A DNA stretch of 64,000 bases from a virus (taxonomy: Duplodnaviria > Caudoviricetes), in IMG/VR virus record IMGVR_UViG_3300025133_000020. One strand, 5' to 3'. The translations under genes were made by a program, and so were the position numbers. Shown here piece after piece: positions 55,582 to 63,972 of the stretch (its first letter is position 1; each line of letters begins with the position of its first letter). The notes under the pieces were generated by a model. That model worked only from the letters and a program-made list of their open reading frames with translations. It ran no database searches and was not told the origin of the DNA.

Positions 55582-56544
55582 ATGTCTTTTTTAATTCCCG
55601 ATATTCTGGAGTCATTTCTTGGTGAACCAAGGAAGCACCACGAGAGTAATGGTCAAATAGCTTTTGACTGTCCTGTTTGTGCTGAAGAGAACGGTTTAAG
55701 AGAAGGTGATGGTAAAGGTAATCTTGAGGTAAACTACGTAGAAGGTGTTTATAAATGCTGGGTATGTAGTGGTACTCATGGTACTCACGGTACGATAGGT
55801 AAACTGATATATCGTCACGGTACGAAAGAGAATCTGAAGGATTATCAATTGATAAAGCCTGATTATGAGTACCTTAGAATGGAAAGGGATAATCAGGAAG
55901 TCGCAAGCGTCATAGTAACGCTACCTGAAGGTTATAAGCGCCTAACTGACTGCAATCAATTCCAATGGCGCTATGCTGATGCTATGAGATATCTCAAGGA
56001 TAGGGGTATCACAAAAGAAATGATTGATTATTACGATATAGGCATGACTACGGTTGGCAAGTATCACGATAGAATCATCATACCATCCTACGATAAGAAT
56101 GATAGGTTGAATTACTACATAGCAAGGACGTTCGAGAAATGGGCTAGACCTAAGTACTTGAATCCCGAAGCTGAAAAGATGGGTGTTATATTCAATGAGG
56201 GTAAGCTAAATCTGGATGCTACCATATACCTTGTTGAGGGTGCGTTTGACCATATTGTGATACCTAATTCAATTCCATTATTAGGTAAGATATTATCACC
56301 AGAGTTATGGCTTTATCTACAGGATGCCAGAGCCAATATCGTGATAGTATTGGATGCAGACGCTTTTGCAGATGCCAAGGAGATATACAGGAAACTGAAT
56401 AGTGGTAATTTGAGGGGTAGGGTTATAATATGTGAAATACCGAATGATAATGACCCTAGTAGAATCTTTGAGTTGTTAGGGTCTAACGGGATACAAAAAC
56501 TATTAAGAAATTGGTGTATGGTGCCGTCTGAGAGTGAATTATGA
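55582..56544 (+). CDS. dnaG: DNA primase
   Basis: Zn finger CPVC...CWVC, RIIIPSY, KYLNP, Toprim YLVEGAFD and IVLDADA. Confidence 0.9.
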   Translation: MSFLIPDILESFLGEPRKHHESNGQIAFDCPVCAEENGLREGDGKGNLEVNYVEGVYKCWVCSGTHGTHGTIGKLIYRHGTKENLKDYQLIKPDYEYLRMERDNQEVASVIVTLPEGYKRLTDCNQFQWRYADAMRYLKDRGITKEMIDYYDIGMTTVGKYHDRIIIPSYDKNDRLNYYIARTFEKWARPKYLNPEAEKMGVIFNEGKLNLDATIYLVEGAFDHIVIPNSIPLLGKILSPELWLYLQDARANIVIVLDADAFADAKEIYRKLNSGNLRGRVIICEIPNDNDPSRIFELLGSNGIQKLLRNWCMVPSESEL

Positions 56545-57000
56545 TTGCATAAACTGACGTAGTTGGTCAGCACCATCAAGGTCTGGTAACATACATAAAT
56601 CACCAAGCTCATTACTTAAACATTCGTAGCTACCGATACTTTTCAGTTTATCCCAGATGGTATCCATTTTAGGGTTCATTCTACGACCTTTACCTGAATA
56701 TAGATGACCGAATTCTGAAATGAATTTTTGGTACACCTTAACCCCTAGACCAGCCCCTTGTGCGTTTTTCGCTAATGCTATATTTGGTTGATATATCACA
56801 CCACCTAATGCTTTGATACCTAAAACACCTACCGAATTACCACCAACCCTAATAGTTAATTCTGGTGTATTTCCATCACCATCTAATAATTCAATATCTT
56901 CCCACTTAACGTTCTGTAGATTATCAAACTCACCACCTTCATCGGGTAGGCTTGGAATATCTAAAGCTTCTCTTAATTTAAGTCTAATGTCGGTTTTCAT
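56539..57000 (-). CDS. GNAT-like acetyltransferase-fold protein
   Basis: 153 aa; PNIALAKNAQGAGLGVKVY fits GNAT motif A (Q/RxxGxG); N-terminal RLKLREAL leader. Confidence 0.6.
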   Translation of the reverse strand: MKTDIRLKLREALDIPSLPDEGGEFDNLQNVKWEDIELLDGDGNTPELTIRVGGNSVGVLGIKALGGVIYQPNIALAKNAQGAGLGVKVYQKFISEFGHLYSGKGRRMNPKMDTIWDKLKSIGSYECLSNELGDLCMLPDLDGADQLRQFMQS

Positions 57001-57251
57001 AGGTACTGTTTCTCGATAATGGATAGTACGGCACCTAAAGCACCATTCCTATCACCAAAAGTTCCCGCATGCTTATCCACCAAGTAATTGATAGCTTTCT
57101 CAACATCTTCTCGTACATTTGAGTATCGTAAGTCTTGAGCTACTTCATATTCACCCTCACCAACAATCTTAAATTCATCGTTAGTAGCGTCACCCTGAAC
57201 ATGGGCATATTCAAGGTCTTCACGTAACTTTTCTTTTAGTGATTTATCCAT
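56997..57251 (-). CDS. Hypothetical protein with LRE leader
   Basis: 84 aa; ATGA-coupled to the GNAT-like gene; TATTTATA on the minus strand 5 nt upstream. Confidence 0.7.
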   Translation of the reverse strand: MDKSLKEKLREDLEYAHVQGDATNDEFKIVGEGEYEVAQDLRYSNVREDVEKAINYLVDKHAGTFGDRNGALGAVLSIIEKQYL

Positions 57252-57256
57252 TTGAA

Positions 57257-57264
57257 TATAAATA
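57257..57264 (-). promoter_or_regulatory. TATTTATA motif on minus strand
   Basis: Plus strand reads TATAAATA; oriented with the only minus-strand operon. Confidence 0.65.
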
Positions 57265-57276
57265 TAGAGGTTTAGG

Positions 57277-57307
57277 TTGAAACTGTGGATAAAATAAAGT
57301 ATATTCG
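57277..57307 (+). promoter_or_regulatory. Host-type promoter TTGAAA-N17-TATATTCG
   Basis: Ends 5 nt before the exonuclease ATG; back-to-back with the minus-strand motif. Confidence 0.7.
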
Positions 57308-57312
57308 CTTAT

Positions 57313-58089
57313 ATGAACGCAAACATCAAAGTATGGGAAGGTCCCGTTTATCTGGAACCCATCGAACACATCTACTTCCACAGGGAGACTGGTCAACGGT
57401 ATAAATCCGTAACCACGACCCTTGCTGCTGTTGAACCTCACTTCGATACTGAAGGGGTTTCTATGGCTATATCACGACAACGTGACGATGACCCTAAGAA
57501 GAATCCTTTATATGTGGGTATGAACCAAGACCAGATACTGGACTACTGGCAATACCTGAATGATACTGCAAATGAGTATGGAACGGCAGTTCACGAACAT
57601 ATTGAAACATATCTATTGAAGAAGAAGTTCTGGTTTCCTAAAGACCCTTTGGAGAAAGCGGCTGTAAGGGGTTATGATAGTCTGAAAGTGGATGAAGGTG
57701 AGATGATGTACCCAGAGCGTATCATGTTCTCAGAGTATTACAAATTAGCTGGAACGGCTGACCTTGTGATTGATATTGACGAGGTATTTTTCGATATTGG
57801 TGACTGGAAGACCAACAAAGCTTTCCATTACTGGAACCAATTCGGAAATCAAACGCTGAAGAAACCATTCGAACATATCCAAAACTGCCAGTATGGTATC
57901 TACTCATTACAGTTGAGTACGTATGCTTACATGTATGAGTTGGAGACTGGTAGGATGTGTAGACACATCTGGATTGGATACTGGGATAAGGAAACTGAAA
58001 CAATGAGTAGAATACCAATACCATACCTCAAGCACGATGCTAAGAGGTTATTAGAATTACACAAGTATAACACAGAAATGGCAATATAA
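57313..58089 (+). CDS. PD-(D/E)XK exonuclease (Cas4/RecB-like)
   Basis: YKSVTT, GTAVHEHIE, AGTADLV, IGDWKT and YSLQLSTYAYM. Confidence 0.88.
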   Translation: MNANIKVWEGPVYLEPIEHIYFHRETGQRYKSVTTTLAAVEPHFDTEGVSMAISRQRDDDPKKNPLYVGMNQDQILDYWQYLNDTANEYGTAVHEHIETYLLKKKFWFPKDPLEKAAVRGYDSLKVDEGEMMYPERIMFSEYYKLAGTADLVIDIDEVFFDIGDWKTNKAFHYWNQFGNQTLKKPFEHIQNCQYGIYSLQLSTYAYMYELETGRMCRHIWIGYWDKETETMSRIPIPYLKHDAKRLLELHKYNTEMAI

Positions 58090-58310
58090 TGAGTGATAAA
58101 ATAAAAATGACATTAGCGCAATTTAAGCTTATCATGGGCGGTGCGGTTGGTTATGCCGATAGTAGACCACCAAACTCACCAAACAATATGGAAGATGAGT
58201 TTCTATGGTGTGAAGTAGAAATTGCATATAGAGAGGGTGCCTTACAAGCGCTAAACATGTTGGAAGAATACATAGAATTACCCGAACTTAAAAAGAATTC
58301 TAATGATTAA
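58089..58310 (+). CDS. Small hypothetical protein
   Basis: 73 aa, translationally coupled on both sides. Confidence 0.6.
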   Translation: MSDKIKMTLAQFKLIMGGAVGYADSRPPNSPNNMEDEFLWCEVEIAYREGALQALNMLEEYIELPELKKNSND

Positions 58311-59121
58311 GAAAGTAATACATTTAGCGGATATTCATATCCGAACATATAGAATGCATAGCGAATACGTAGCCATGTTCGATGAGTTGTACAAAACGGT
58401 TAAGAAATTAACTGAGGACTATGAGTACGATGAAGTAAGAATAGTCATTGTCGGTGATTTAGTCCACCAGAAAATAACCATATCCAATGAGTTATTGATA
58501 ATGACATCAGGGTTCATAAGTGAACTGGCTAAGTACGCTCCGTTGGTGATTGTTGCTGGTAACCACGACCTGTTGGAAAACAACAAAGATAGGGTCGACA
58601 GCATCACACCAATGGTTACATTATTAAACAACCCCAACATCCACTATTACAAGGAGAAGAAGTGTTACCAAGACGATAATATTGTCTGGTGTAACTACTC
58701 GGTGTTTGAACACAACGAACGACCTGATATCGAAGCTGCTAAGGCTGAACATGGTGATAAGAAGTACATTGGATTGTACCACGCACCAGTATTGGGTGCC
58801 ACCACAGATATTGGGTATGAATTCGATACTGGGACACCTATTGACCACTTCCACGGATGTGATGCGGTGTTGATGGGAGACATACATAAACGACAATCAT
58901 TTGAACTTGATGGGGCACCTATTGCCTACTGTGGTTCACTAATTCAACAGGACTTCGGAGAGAGTATCGAGAATCACGGATTATTATATTGGGATGTGGA
59001 AGCCTTGACTTTTGAGGCGATTGACCTTAATAATGATTACGGGTTCTACACATTCTCTATAAATGGGGTGGAAGAACTTGATGAAGATAAAGAAAAACTA
59101 CTGAATGGAACTGCCAAATAA
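58303..59121 (+). CDS. sbcD: Mre11/SbcD-like nuclease (T4 gp47-like)
   Basis: HLADIH, VGDLVH, AGNHD, GLYHAP and MGDIHK metallophosphoesterase motifs next to an SMC ATPase. Confidence 0.9.
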   Translation: MIKKVIHLADIHIRTYRMHSEYVAMFDELYKTVKKLTEDYEYDEVRIVIVGDLVHQKITISNELLIMTSGFISELAKYAPLVIVAGNHDLLENNKDRVDSITPMVTLLNNPNIHYYKEKKCYQDDNIVWCNYSVFEHNERPDIEAAKAEHGDKKYIGLYHAPVLGATTDIGYEFDTGTPIDHFHGCDAVLMGDIHKRQSFELDGAPIAYCGSLIQQDFGESIENHGLLYWDVEALTFEAIDLNNDYGFYTFSINGVEELDEDKEKLLNGTAK

Positions 59122-59467
59122 ACTTAATGATGAGATATGGGAATACTGTAGAGCAAACAGTATAACTGATATTGATGGGTTTATTATCAATCTGGTTAGG
59201 ACTGCATTCACCATAGAGAAATTTGGTTATAGTCCTGAAGTAAGTAAGGAGCCGCAAGTGGTTGAAAAAGAGGTAGTTAAGGAAGTGGAAAAGATAGTAG
59301 AGGTAGAGAAGATAGTAGAAGTGATTAAAGAGGTGCCAGTTGAGAAGGTAGTAGAAAAGGTGGTTGAGAAGGTAGTAGAAGTGGAGAAAAAAGTGGAGAA
59401 AAAAGAGAAAGACATTTACGGTGAAGGTACCAGAGGTACTTTCGGTTCAAATTTATTAGACAATTAA
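59105..59467 (+). CDS. Hypothetical protein with VEK/EKVVE repeats
   Basis: 120 aa; low-complexity VEKEVVKEVEKIVEVEK... tract. Confidence 0.75.
   Translation: MELPNKLNDEIWEYCRANSITDIDGFIINLVRTAFTIEKFGYSPEVSKEPQVVEKEVVKEVEKIVEVEKIVEVIKEVPVEKVVEKVVEKVVEVEKKVEKKEKDIYGEGTRGTFGSNLLDN
59257..59400 (+). repeat. Low-complexity EKVVE-type coding repeat
   Basis: Repeated GAGAAGGTAGTAGAA-like units. Confidence 0.75.
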
Positions 59468-59468
59468 T

Positions 59469-61817
59469 ATGCTGAAAACAAAAATATCACCTTATGGAAA
59501 GGTAAAATTATACTGGAACGACAAACCAGAGAATTACTCACGAGCCAATAGATTGGCTGTAAGGAACAGTTTCGCTAAAAAGTACGGAGTGGACAAGGAA
59601 CGAGTGAAAGTCGTTTACAGACCCGTTAAAGTGGATAATAAGGGTAATCTCATCAAGCTTGATGGGGTTCAGATTGAGAGTGTGGGAGATATCCTGTATC
59701 AACGCAAGCTTTTCAAAGAGTGGTTGGTTAGGAATGAGAAGGATATTGATTTTGAGCGTCTGATTAAGCTGGATGATAAGGTCAATGCTGATTTGGATAG
59801 TGACGTAGTACAAGGTACGAATAAGAAGTGGGAGTTCGAATGGATAATGATAGACAACCTATTATCGTTCGGTGATGATAATTTCTTCCCTATTGATAGG
59901 TTTAAGGGTTTAACAACAGTATGTTCGTCTCCAGAGAACCAAGGTGGTAAAACGACCTTAATCATTGATTCATTCAAGTTCTTATTATTCGGTATTACAA
60001 CCAAGACCAGTAAGAACGAGCACATATTCAACAGATATCGAGATAAGAGTACTTTAGTAGTTAGAGGGTTAATGAAGATTGAGGGTGAGGAAGAATTCGT
60101 TATCGAACGTAAGTTATCACGTAAGGCTAAACGAGATGGTGGGTGGAATGTGAGTAGCACATTAAACTACTACAAGATGCTTCCTGATGACACTGAGGAA
60201 TCGATGGATGAGGAACATACGATAAGAACGACCAGTAAGATACGTGAGACGGTAGGAGATGTTAAAGACTTCGACCTTGTATCGTTAGCTACTGGGGATA
60301 ACTTGACATCACTTATCGGTAATACGGTAACTGAGAATGGTAAGATATTCACCAGAATGATTGGTCTGGAAGTAATGGAGGTTAAGGAAGCCATAGCACG
60401 TAAGATGTATAATGAGTTCCACAAGGATATGCAATCCAACATATACTCTAAGGTAGAACTTGAAGATGAGAATGAGATATCAGAAGCCAATTTAGAGTTG
60501 GTTAAGGAAACTCAAATTCAGGCTGATGAGAAGTTAATATCAACAACAACCAAGATTGAGAACTTGGAGACTGAAAAGAGTGCTCTATTGAGTAGTAAGC
60601 ATGTGGTAGATAGTAAGTTATCCATGACCACTATTGAAAGTCTTGACCAGAGAATAGCCACTATCACCAATGATGGCAAGAAGGCTAAAGAAACTATGGA
60701 TGAGTTGAAAGAGTCGTATAATGGGATTGAGGTTGATTATGATGAGTATAAGGAGAAGCGTACTGCCGATAAGATAGGTGAGCTTAAAACTAGCGTAGCT
60801 ATTAAGAGGGTTGAAAGTACCAGACTCATAGCTGAATCTGATGCCTTGGATAAGGCTGAATCGTGTGTAACCTGTGGTAGAGCGTTAGAAGGGGTAGATA
60901 ATTCTAAGATGGTTAAAGACCTATCAGCACGAATCACCAACCTAGATACTGAAATTATCGCTATTGATGAGGAATTACTTCAATTAAATGAAATAATTTC
61001 AAGCCTTGCTGAAGTGAAGGTTGAGTTGGAGCGTAAGCAACGTTTGGAGTTGGAGATTGAAAGGGGTAACCTAAAATTGACTAATTTAAGAGGTCAACTT
61101 ACTGATGTGAGAGAGACTAAGAAGCAATTCGAAGCCAACGTTCAAGCAATCAAGCACAATCAAGATACTGATGTTAAAGTTAACAAGATTACATCAGACC
61201 TACAGATAGAGCGACACACAAAAGAAGAAACCATCAGAAAGATAGAAGTAATCAAAGGTGAAATCATCAAACATGACGCTAAGATTGCTATGAACAAGAC
61301 CATTCTAACCAAGATGCTTAAAGAGGGTGAGATTGAGCGTATCTTTAAGATGTATATCGAGATGGTAGGTAAGAAGGGTGTATCCAAGATTATATTGAGG
61401 TCTGTCATTCCTATCATTAATGCGGAATTGGATAGATTATTGGAAGGTGTATGCAACTTTGAGGTGGAAGTGCGTATGGATGATAAGAACGATGTTAACC
61501 TCATCATTATCAAAGATGGTGTGGAAGGGTCGTTGAAGTCAGGGAGTGGCTTAGAGAAGACGATAGCAGCCATAGGGCTTAGATGTGTTCTGGGTGTAGT
61601 ATCGACATTACCGATGCCTAACTTCATCGCATTTGATGAGGTGTTCGGTAAGGTAGCGCAGGTGAATATACCATTACTAAAACCTCTCTTTGACAAAGTG
61701 GCAGATTCATATGACAAAGTGTTTGTGATAACCCACAACGAACAAGCTAAGGATTGGGCGAACAAAATAATAACTGTCGTTGCGGATAAAAATGTATCCA
61801 AAATCGACTATAAATAA
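59469..61817 (+). CDS. sbcC: Rad50/SbcC-like SMC ATPase (T4 gp46-like)
   Basis: Walker A NQGGKTT, coiled coil with Zn hook CVTCG, signature SGSGLEK, Walker B IAFDEVF and H-loop VITH. Confidence 0.92.
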   Translation: MLKTKISPYGKVKLYWNDKPENYSRANRLAVRNSFAKKYGVDKERVKVVYRPVKVDNKGNLIKLDGVQIESVGDILYQRKLFKEWLVRNEKDIDFERLIKLDDKVNADLDSDVVQGTNKKWEFEWIMIDNLLSFGDDNFFPIDRFKGLTTVCSSPENQGGKTTLIIDSFKFLLFGITTKTSKNEHIFNRYRDKSTLVVRGLMKIEGEEEFVIERKLSRKAKRDGGWNVSSTLNYYKMLPDDTEESMDEEHTIRTTSKIRETVGDVKDFDLVSLATGDNLTSLIGNTVTENGKIFTRMIGLEVMEVKEAIARKMYNEFHKDMQSNIYSKVELEDENEISEANLELVKETQIQADEKLISTTTKIENLETEKSALLSSKHVVDSKLSMTTIESLDQRIATITNDGKKAKETMDELKESYNGIEVDYDEYKEKRTADKIGELKTSVAIKRVESTRLIAESDALDKAESCVTCGRALEGVDNSKMVKDLSARITNLDTEIIAIDEELLQLNEIISSLAEVKVELERKQRLELEIERGNLKLTNLRGQLTDVRETKKQFEANVQAIKHNQDTDVKVNKITSDLQIERHTKEETIRKIEVIKGEIIKHDAKIAMNKTILTKMLKEGEIERIFKMYIEMVGKKGVSKIILRSVIPIINAELDRLLEGVCNFEVEVRMDDKNDVNLIIIKDGVEGSLKSGSGLEKTIAAIGLRCVLGVVSTLPMPNFIAFDEVFGKVAQVNIPLLKPLFDKVADSYDKVFVITHNEQAKDWANKIITVVADKNVSKIDYK

Positions 61818-61830
61818 CGGTTTTAGCTGA

Positions 61831-61838
61831 TATTTATA
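61831..61838 (+). promoter_or_regulatory. TATTTATA motif upstream of sigma factor
   Basis: Exact motif 21 nt before the ATG. Confidence 0.6.
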
Positions 61839-61859
61839 TACAACAAACAACAAGGAATC

Positions 61860-62696
61860 ATGGGCAAATATGTCAACTATAATGAAGATAAGACCATAAG
61901 TCATTACTTCAAAGATTTAAGAAAAGAAGACCTATTAACGAAAGAGGAAGAATTCTCATTAGCGTTAAGAATTAAGGATGGGGATACGAGAGCCATTGAT
62001 AAACTGGCAAAGTCTAATCTAAAATTCGTAGTATCAATCGCCAAGGAATATCAAGGTAATGGATTACCATTGAGTGACCTGATAAGTGAGGGTAATTACG
62101 GGTTAATTAAAGCAGCGCATAAGTTTGACCCTAACAAGGGGTTCAGATTTATTTCATACGCTGTATGGTGGATACGTCAAGCAATCATTCAATCGTTGAA
62201 TGACCATTCACGAACCGTGAGACTACCATCCAATGTTATAAACAAGATTACAAGCGTTAAGAAAGCTCTGGAAGCCTTCGAACAGATTAATGAGCGAGAG
62301 CCAGTATTTGGTGAGGTTATAAACGAGGACGGTGCCAAATTGGATATCAGTGTAGATAGTGGGTATTGTAGTTCACTAAACGATAGAGCTTGGGACGGTG
62401 AGGGTGACGAGTTGGGTGATATGTTGGAAGATGATGAAACTTACGAAGAAACCAAGTACACAGTAGATGATAGACTTAAAAACACACTTGAGGGTACGCT
62501 GAATAAGTTAACCAAACGAGAGCGTGATATTGTGAAGTGTTATTTCGGTATCGACACAGAATGTGAACCGATGACGTTAGAAGCGATTGGAGACAAATAT
62601 GAACTCACTAAAGAGCGTGTAAGACAGATAAAGGAGAAGGGAATTAGAAAGCTAAGACACAATGCTGGAGGTCTATTTTCGGTGATGAATGAGTAG
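61860..62696 (+). CDS. RNA polymerase sigma-70 family factor (regions 1.2-4, no region 1.1)
   Basis: LLTKEEE, NLKFVVSIAKEY, DLISEGNYGLIKAAHKFD, GFRFISYAVWWIRQAI, RTVRLP and TLEAIG...LTKERVRQIKEK. Confidence 0.93.
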   Translation: MGKYVNYNEDKTISHYFKDLRKEDLLTKEEEFSLALRIKDGDTRAIDKLAKSNLKFVVSIAKEYQGNGLPLSDLISEGNYGLIKAAHKFDPNKGFRFISYAVWWIRQAIIQSLNDHSRTVRLPSNVINKITSVKKALEAFEQINEREPVFGEVINEDGAKLDISVDSGYCSSLNDRAWDGEGDELGDMLEDDETYEETKYTVDDRLKNTLEGTLNKLTKRERDIVKCYFGIDTECEPMTLEAIGDKYELTKERVRQIKEKGIRKLRHNAGGLFSVMNE

Positions 62697-62704
62697 TAGC
62701 CCCA

Positions 62705-62712
62705 TATTTATA
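62705..62712 (+). promoter_or_regulatory. TATTTATA motif
   Basis: Exact motif 15 nt before the ATG at 62728. Confidence 0.65.
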
Positions 62713-62727
62713 TAAAACAATATAAAC

Positions 62728-63972
62728 ATGAAATTTAACTATTTAGTCTGGCTAGCAGCCTTCGTTTTGGCAGCTTGTGCCGCCTTTGTTTCAGTAGTAG
62801 GTCTGGGTCAGCTTTTTGCTGGTGCTGGTACCACTGTTTTGATAATGGTAGGTGGTATGGAGTTTGGTAAGCTAGTAGCAGCCAGCGCATTACATAGATA
62901 TTGGGATAAAATATCCACAATCATAAAGATATACATGACCATTGGTGTCATTGTGTTGATATCATTAACTTCCGTAGGTATTTACGGCTTCCTATCCAAC
63001 GGGTACCAAAAGACCGCAAATGCGTACACTATTGAGACCAGTCAAACGGACATTTATGAAGGTAAAAAAGCCATATATGTTAAGCGAATTGCTGATGGTG
63101 ATAAAATAATTGAAAATAAAAACAAGCGTTCTGAGACATTATCCGACCTTCGTAATAACCAAGAGGTTAGGTTGGATTCTTTATTAGCTAAGAACTACAT
63201 AACCAATGCCAATAGGGTGAGAAGGGATATTGAGGCGGCTAACGAAGAAATAGGTGAACTGAATAAGGATATTGACGAGATAATGGAGAAGAACATTTCA
63301 TGGGCTGATTCCGTGGCGGCATATGATATGAAGATATTGAAAGTGCAATCCGCATCGGAAGTAACAGCAGAGTTAGGTCCTTTAAAATATTTAGCAGACC
63401 TCACAGGATGGGGAATGGGTAGAGTGGTTAACTGGTTGATTGTAATAATCATGCTGGTGTTCGACCCTATGGCGGTAAGTCTACTTATCATGGCTAATAG
63501 TATCAGAGAGATTGAAGCTGGTGAGGTTAAACCAACACCTAAACCAAAGAAGAAGTGGTTCGGTAAGTTGAGAGATAGGTTTAAGAAGAAACCCAAAACT
63601 GACCCCAAAACTGGTCAAGTAGATATACAATACGATGCGTCTAAGCCCCAAAAAGAAGATTTGTATATCCCACTAAAAGAAGATGACGAACCTATTGTTG
63701 AGTTAGATAAGAATGGGACATTCAAGGTGCCAGTTGAACCAGTAAAAGATTACCCATTGGTGGAGATACCAGAGGGTACATTCAAGGGTGAACCACTGTT
63801 TGAGGTTAGAGAAGAACGAAAGGAAGAAAAGACCATGGTGGATGTTGCGTTGGAGAATGAGAAGAAGGGTAAGCGTAATTTCTCGGTAGATATACCAGAC
63901 CCTAAACCAATTGAGGTTCCAGAACCAACCAAGTTGGGTAGGATATGGTCTAAGAGGGATAGGAAGAAATGA
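62728..63972 (+). CDS. Multi-pass membrane protein with coiled coil
   Basis: Three N-terminal hydrophobic helices, a long coiled coil, a further TM (WLIVIIMLVFDPMAVSLLIMA) and a charged tail. Confidence 0.78.
   Translation: MKFNYLVWLAAFVLAACAAFVSVVGLGQLFAGAGTTVLIMVGGMEFGKLVAASALHRYWDKISTIIKIYMTIGVIVLISLTSVGIYGFLSNGYQKTANAYTIETSQTDIYEGKKAIYVKRIADGDKIIENKNKRSETLSDLRNNQEVRLDSLLAKNYITNANRVRRDIEAANEEIGELNKDIDEIMEKNISWADSVAAYDMKILKVQSASEVTAELGPLKYLADLTGWGMGRVVNWLIVIIMLVFDPMAVSLLIMANSIREIEAGEVKPTPKPKKKWFGKLRDRFKKKPKTDPKTGQVDIQYDASKPQKEDLYIPLKEDDEPIVELDKNGTFKVPVEPVKDYPLVEIPEGTFKGEPLFEVREERKEEKTMVDVALENEKKGKRNFSVDIPDPKPIEVPEPTKLGRIWSKRDRKK

Noticed and set aside
57313-58089. Cas4-like nuclease as sign of a CRISPR-Cas system
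   Set aside because: No repeat-spacer array or other cas gene is visible; the context (primase, SbcDC) fits a standalone phage exonuclease.
30-63932. Dozens of 60-210 aa ORFs in the track that overlap long genes, mostly antisense (e.g. 61160-61801, 30174-30653, 13466-13918, 59699-60160)
   Set aside because: They lie wholly within well-supported genes, are Ser/Leu/Phe-rich as expected for antisense shadows, and have no promoter motif or recognisable family.
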